DNA from: Eledone cirrhosa
Lineage: Eukaryota
Reading direction: 5' to 3'
Length of the DNA stretch: 64,000 bases
NCBI GenBank assembly: GCA_964016885.1
Contig: OZ024743.1
Span: 236,468,001-236,532,000 of the forward strand
Part shown: in pieces, positions 59,501 to 64,000 of the stretch
Numbering within the stretch: the first letter of the stretch is position 1
Layout: every line of letters begins with the position of its first letter
The notes under the pieces: model-generated
What the model was told of the DNA's origin: nothing
Database searches by the model: none
What the model saw: only the letters and a program-made list of their open reading frames with translations
Program-made: the position numbers and the translations under genes

Positions 59501-61970
59501 GTCAATCTCCTATACTACGGGTTGTATGTTCCTTCAGTCAATCTCCTATACTACGGGTTGTATGTTCCTTCAGTCAATCTCCTATACTACGGGTTGTATG
59601 TTCCTTCAGTCAATCTCCTATACTACGGGTTGTATGTTCCTTCAGTCAATCTCCTATTATACGGGTTGTATGTTCCTTCAGTCAATCTCCTATACTACTG
59701 GTTGTATGTTCCTTCAGTCACTCTCCTATACTACGGGTTGTATGTTCCTTCAGTCAATCTCCTATACTACGGGTTGTATGTTCCTTCAGTCAATCTCGTA
59801 TACTACATGTTGTATGTTCCTTCAGTCAATCTCCTATACTACTGGTTGTATGTTCCTTCAGTCAATCTCCTATACTACAGGTTGTATGTTCCTTCAGTCA
59901 ATCTCCTATACTACTGTTTGTATATTCCTTCAGTCAATCTCCTATACTACAGGTTGTATGTTCCTTCAGTCAATCTCCTATACTACTGGTTGTATGTTCC
60001 TTCAGTCAATCTCCTATACTACGGGTTGTATGTTCCTTCAGTCAATCTCCTATACTACAGGTTGTATGTTCCTTCAGTCAATCCCCTATACTACTGGTTG
60101 GATATTCCTTCAGTCAATCCCCTATACTACTGGTTGTATATTCCTTCAGTCAATCTCCTATACTACTGGTTGTATGTTCCTTCAGTCAATCTCCTATACT
60201 ACAGGTTGTATGTTCCTTCAGTCAATCTCTTATAAAACTGGTTGTATGTTCCTTCAGTCAATCTCCTATACTACTGGTTGTATGTTGCTTCAGTCAATAT
60301 CCTATACTACTGGTTGTATGTTCCTTCAGTCAATCTCCTATAATACTGGTTGTATGTTCCTTCAGTCAATCTCCTATACTACTGGTTGTATATTCCTTCA
60401 GTTAATCTACTATACTACGTGTTGTATATTCCTTCAGTCAATCTCCTATACTACTGGTTGTATATTCCTTCAGTCAATCTCCTATACTACAGGTTGTATG
60501 TTCCTTCAGTCAATCTCTTATAAAACTGGTTGTATGTTCCTTCAGTCAATCTCCTATACTACTGGTTGTATGTTGCTTCAGTCAATATTCTATACTACTG
60601 GTTGTATGTTCCTTCAGTCAATCTCCTATAATACTGGTTGTATGTTCCTTCAGTCAATCTCCTATACTACTGGTTGTATATTCCTTCAGTTAATCTACTA
60701 TACTACGTGTTGTATATTCCTTCAGTCAATCTCCTATACTACTGGTTGTATATTCCTTCAGTCAATCTCCTATACTACTGGTTGTATGTTCCTTCAGTCA
60801 ATCTCCTATACTACAGGTTGTATGTACCTTCAGTCAATCTCCTATACTACGGGTTGTATGTTCCTTCAGTCAATCTCCTATACTACTGGTTGTATGTTCC
60901 TTCAGTCAATCTCCTATACTACGGGTTGCATGTACCTTCAGTCAATCTCCTATACTACGGGTTGTATGTTCTTTCAGTCAATCTCCTATACTACTGGTTG
61001 TATGTTCCTTCAGTCAATCTCCTATACTACTGGTTGTATATTCCTTCAGTCAATCTCCTATACTACAGGTTGTATGTTCCTTCAGTCAATCTCCTATACT
61101 ACAGGTTGTATATTCCTTCAGTCAATCTCCTATACTACAGGTTGTATGTTCCTTCAGTCAATCTCATATACTACTGGTCGTATATTCCTTCAGTCAATCT
61201 CCTATACTACAGGTTGTATATTCCTTCAGTCAATCTCCTATACTACAGGCTGTATGTTCCTTCAGTCAATCTCCTATACTACTGGTTGTATATTCCTTCA
61301 GTCAATCTCCTATACTACAGGTTGTATCTTCCTTCAGTCAATCTCCTATATTACAGGCTGTATGTTCCTTCAGTCAATCTCCTATACTACTGGTTGTATA
61401 TTCCTTCAGTCAATCTCCTATACTACAGGTTGTATGTTCCTTCAGTCAATCTCATATACTACTGGTCGTATATTCCTTCAGTCAATCTCCTATACTACAG
61501 GTTGTATATTCCTTCAGTCAATCTCCTATACTACAGGCTGTATGTTCCTTCAGTCAATCTCCTATACTACTGGTTGTATATTCCTTCAGTTAATCTCCTA
61601 TACTACTGGTTGTATGTTCCTTCAGTCAATCTCCTATACTACTGGTGGTATGTTCCTTCAGTCAATCTCCTATACTACTGGTTGTATATTCCTTCAGTCA
61701 ATCTCCTATACTACAGGTTGTATATTCCTTCAGTTAATCTCCTATACTACTGGTTGTAGGTTCCTTCAGTTAATCTCCTATACTACTGGTTGTATGTTCC
61801 TTCAGTCAATCTCCTATACTACAGGTTGAATATTCCTTCAGTCAATCTCCTTTACTACTGGTTGTATGTTCCTTCAGTCAATCTCCTATACTACGGATTG
61901 TATGTTCCTTCAGTCAATCTCCTATACTACTGGTTGTATGTTCCTTCAGTCAATCTCCTATACTACGGAT
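56530..61970. repeat. Tandem duplication of a 2700-bp block (75 monomers) containing an internal 288-bp (8-monomer) duplication
   Basis: GTCACTCTCC at about 57017 and 59717, CTGTTTG at about 57215 and 59915, TGA at 59129 and 61829. CTTATAAAAC pairs fall at 57535/57823 and 60235/60523. ORFs 57938..59059 and 60638..61759 are identical. Confidence 0.9.
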
Positions 61971-64000
61971 TGTATGTTCCTTCAATTAATCTCCTATACT
62001 ACTGGTTGTATGTTCCTTCAGTCAATCTCCTATACTACTGGTTGTATGTTCCTTCAGTCAATCTCCTATACTACGGATTGTATGTTCCTTCAGTCAATCT
62101 CTTATACTACTGGTTGTATGTTCCTTCAGTCAATCTCCTATACTACGGATTGTATATTCCTTCAGTCAATCTCCTATACTACAGGTTGTATGTTCCTTCA
62201 GTCAATCTCCTATACTACTGGTTGTATATTCCTTCAGTCAATCTCCTATACTACTGGTTGTATGTTCCTTCAGTCAATCTCCTATACTACGGATTGTATG
62301 TTCCTTCAGTCAATCTCCTATACTACTGGTTGTATATTCCTACAATCAATCTCCTATACTACTGGTTGTATGTTCCTTCAGTCAATCTCCTATACTACAG
62401 GTTGTATGTACCTTCAGTCAATCTCCTATACTACGGGTTGTATGTTCCTTCAGTCAATCTCCTATACTACTGGTTGTATGTTCCTTCAGTAAATCTCCTA
62501 TGCTACGGGTTGTATGTTCCTTCAGTCAATCTCCTATACTACGGGTTGTATGTTCCTTCAGTCAATCTCCTATACTACGGGTTGTAAGTTCCTTCAGTCA
62601 ATCTCCTATACTACGGGTTGTATGTTCCTTCAGTCAATCTCCTATACTACTGGTTGTATGTTCCTTCAGTCAATCTCCTATACTACGGATTGTATGTTCC
62701 TTCAGTCAATCTCCTATACTACTGGTTGTATGTTCCTTCAGTCAATCTCCTATACTACTGGTTGTATGTTCCTTCAATCAATCTCCTATACTACAGGTTG
62801 TATGTACCTTCAGTCAATCTCCTATACTACGGGTTGTATGTTCCTTCAGTCAATCTCCTATACTACTGGTTGTATGTTCCTTCAGTCAATCTCCTATACT
62901 ACGGGTTGTATGTTCCTTCAGTCAATCTCCTATACTACGGGTTGTATGTTCCTTCAGTCAATCTCCTATACTACGGGTTGTATGTTCCTTCAGTCAATCT
63001 CCTATACTACGGGTTGTATGTTCCTTCAGTCAATCTCCTATACTACGGGTTGTATGTTCCTTCAGTCAATCTCCTATTATACGGGTTGTATGTTCCTTCA
63101 GTCAATCTCCTATACTACTGGTTGTATGTTCCTTCAGTCAATCTCCTATACTACGGGTTGTATGTTCCTTCAGTCAATCTCCTATACTACGGGTTGTATG
63201 TTCCTTCAGTCAATCTCGTATACTACATGTTGTATGTTCCTTCAGTCAATCTCCTATACTACTGGTTGTATGTTCCTTCAGTCAATCTCCTATACTACAG
63301 GTTGTATGTTCCTTCAGTCAATCTCCTATACTACTGTTTGTATATTCCTTCAGTCAATCTCCTATACTACAGGTTGTATGTTCCTTCAGTCAATCTCCTA
63401 TACTACTGGTTGTATGTTCCTTCAGTCAATCTCCTATACTACGGGTTGTATGTTCCTTCAGTCAATCTCCTATACTACAGGTTGTATGTTCCTTCAGTCA
63501 ATCCCCTATACTACTGGTTGGATATTCCTTCAGTCAATCCCCTATACTACTGGTTGTATATTCCTTCAGTCAATCTCCTATACTACTGGTTGTATGTTCC
63601 TTCAGTCAATCTCCTATACTACAGGTTGTATGTTCCTTCAGTCAATCTCTTATAAAACTGGTTGTATGTTCCTTCAGTCAATCTCCTATACTACTGGTTG
63701 TATGTTGCTTCAGTCAATATCCTATACTACTGGTTGTATGTTCCTTCAGTCAATCTCCTATAATACTGGTTGTATGTTCCTTCAGTCAATCTCCTATACT
63801 ACTGGTTGTATATTCCTTCAGTTAATCTACTATACTACGTGTTGTATATTCCTTCAGTCAATCTCCTATACTACTGGTTGTATATTCCTTCAGTCAATCT
63901 CCTATACTACTGGTTGTATGTTCCTTCAGTCAATCTCCTATACTACAGGTTGTATGTACCTTCAGTCAATCTCCTATACTACGGGTTGTATGTTCCTTCA

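Larger units (their letters stand above)
1..64000. repeat. Tandem satellite / giant minisatellite array, 36-bp monomer, about 1,778 copies, extends past both window ends
   Basis: Consensus CCTATACTACDGGTTGTATRTTCCTTCAGTCAATCT repeats head-to-tail. Every third 60-bp line (1, 181, ... 63901) starts at monomer position 1. Most units differ from consensus by only 0-3 substitutions. Confidence 0.99.

Noticed and set aside
90-63825. The long + strand ORFs (up to 2639 aa) as real CDSs
   Set aside because: They are translations of the 36-bp unit in three overlapping frames. Their starts and ends are set by recurring point variants. There is no unique N- or C-terminal domain, and nonsense variants are repeatedly duplicated.
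1-64000. Giant minus-strand protein under an alternative genetic code
   Set aside because: With TGA read as sense (D*LKEHTTSSIG frame), the frequent CAGTTAAT variant turns that codon into TAA. With TAG/TAA read as Gln (RLTEGTYNQ*YR frame), the TTCATTCAG variant gives an in-frame TGA at about 5604, 11616, 51144 and 53448. The third frame needs both TGA and TAG reassigned. Nothing independent supports recoding.
1-64000. CRISPR array
   Set aside because: Units abut directly with no unique spacers, and no leader or cas genes are present.
1-64000. Telomerase-made telomeric repeat (the ACGGATTGTATGT variant recalls long budding-yeast telomere units)
   Set aside because: The unit is longer than those repeats and lacks a G-rich strand. 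Multi-kb duplications of variant strings indicate recombinational amplification rather than templated addition.
1-64000. 180-bp (5-monomer) nucleosome-length higher-order repeat
   Set aside because: The 180-bp pattern comes from 60-bp line formatting (least common multiple of 36 and 60). Variants do not recur every 5 monomers, and several offsets (63, 64, 73, 126, 158, 167 monomers) are not multiples of 5.
1-64000. Whole array as a sequencing, rolling-circle or synthetic concatemer artefact
   Set aside because: Variants are inherited in nested, position-specific blocks with small differences between copies and no indel noise, which fits an evolved array. Individual duplications still need read support.
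1-64000. Position-11 alleles as an encoded message or programmed diversification (diversity-generating retroelement or antigenic cassettes)
   Set aside because: The allele order is explained by block duplication. No reverse transcriptase, recombinase, template/variable pair or expression site is present.
1-64000. Embedded inversions, transposon insertions, tRNA or rRNA genes
   Set aside because: I saw no departure from monomer orientation or register anywhere. A by-eye scan could miss single-base details, but an insertion would shift the phase unless its length were a multiple of 36.

Overview
The whole 64 kb window is one uninterrupted head-to-tail tandem array of a 36-bp unit, consensus CCTATACTAC[T/G/A]GGTTGTAT[G/A]TTCCTTCAGTCAATCT. 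It holds about 1,778 copies (64000/36), is about 39% GC, and its + strand is about two-thirds pyrimidine. I see no unique sequence, genes, RNA genes, transposons, inversions or spacers, and both ends of the array lie outside the window. The long ORFs in the track arise because the unit length is divisible by 3 and the consensus has no stop in any + frame. Recurrent stop variants break all three + frames, and all three - frames carry a stop in the consensus, so I call no CDS. The information is in the substitution variants. (1) The 36-bp register never shifts. (2) Each unit contains an imperfect dyad (TATACTAC-NG-GTTGTATG) whose centre is the most variable base. (3) Variant strings show nested duplications of 8 to 190 units. 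(4) A central domain with its own variants sits between two flanks that share a different variant block. The best reading is satellite or giant minisatellite DNA. The source organism and any function cannot be determined from this window, and I cannot support a novel protein-coding system here. All counts and boundaries were read by eye.
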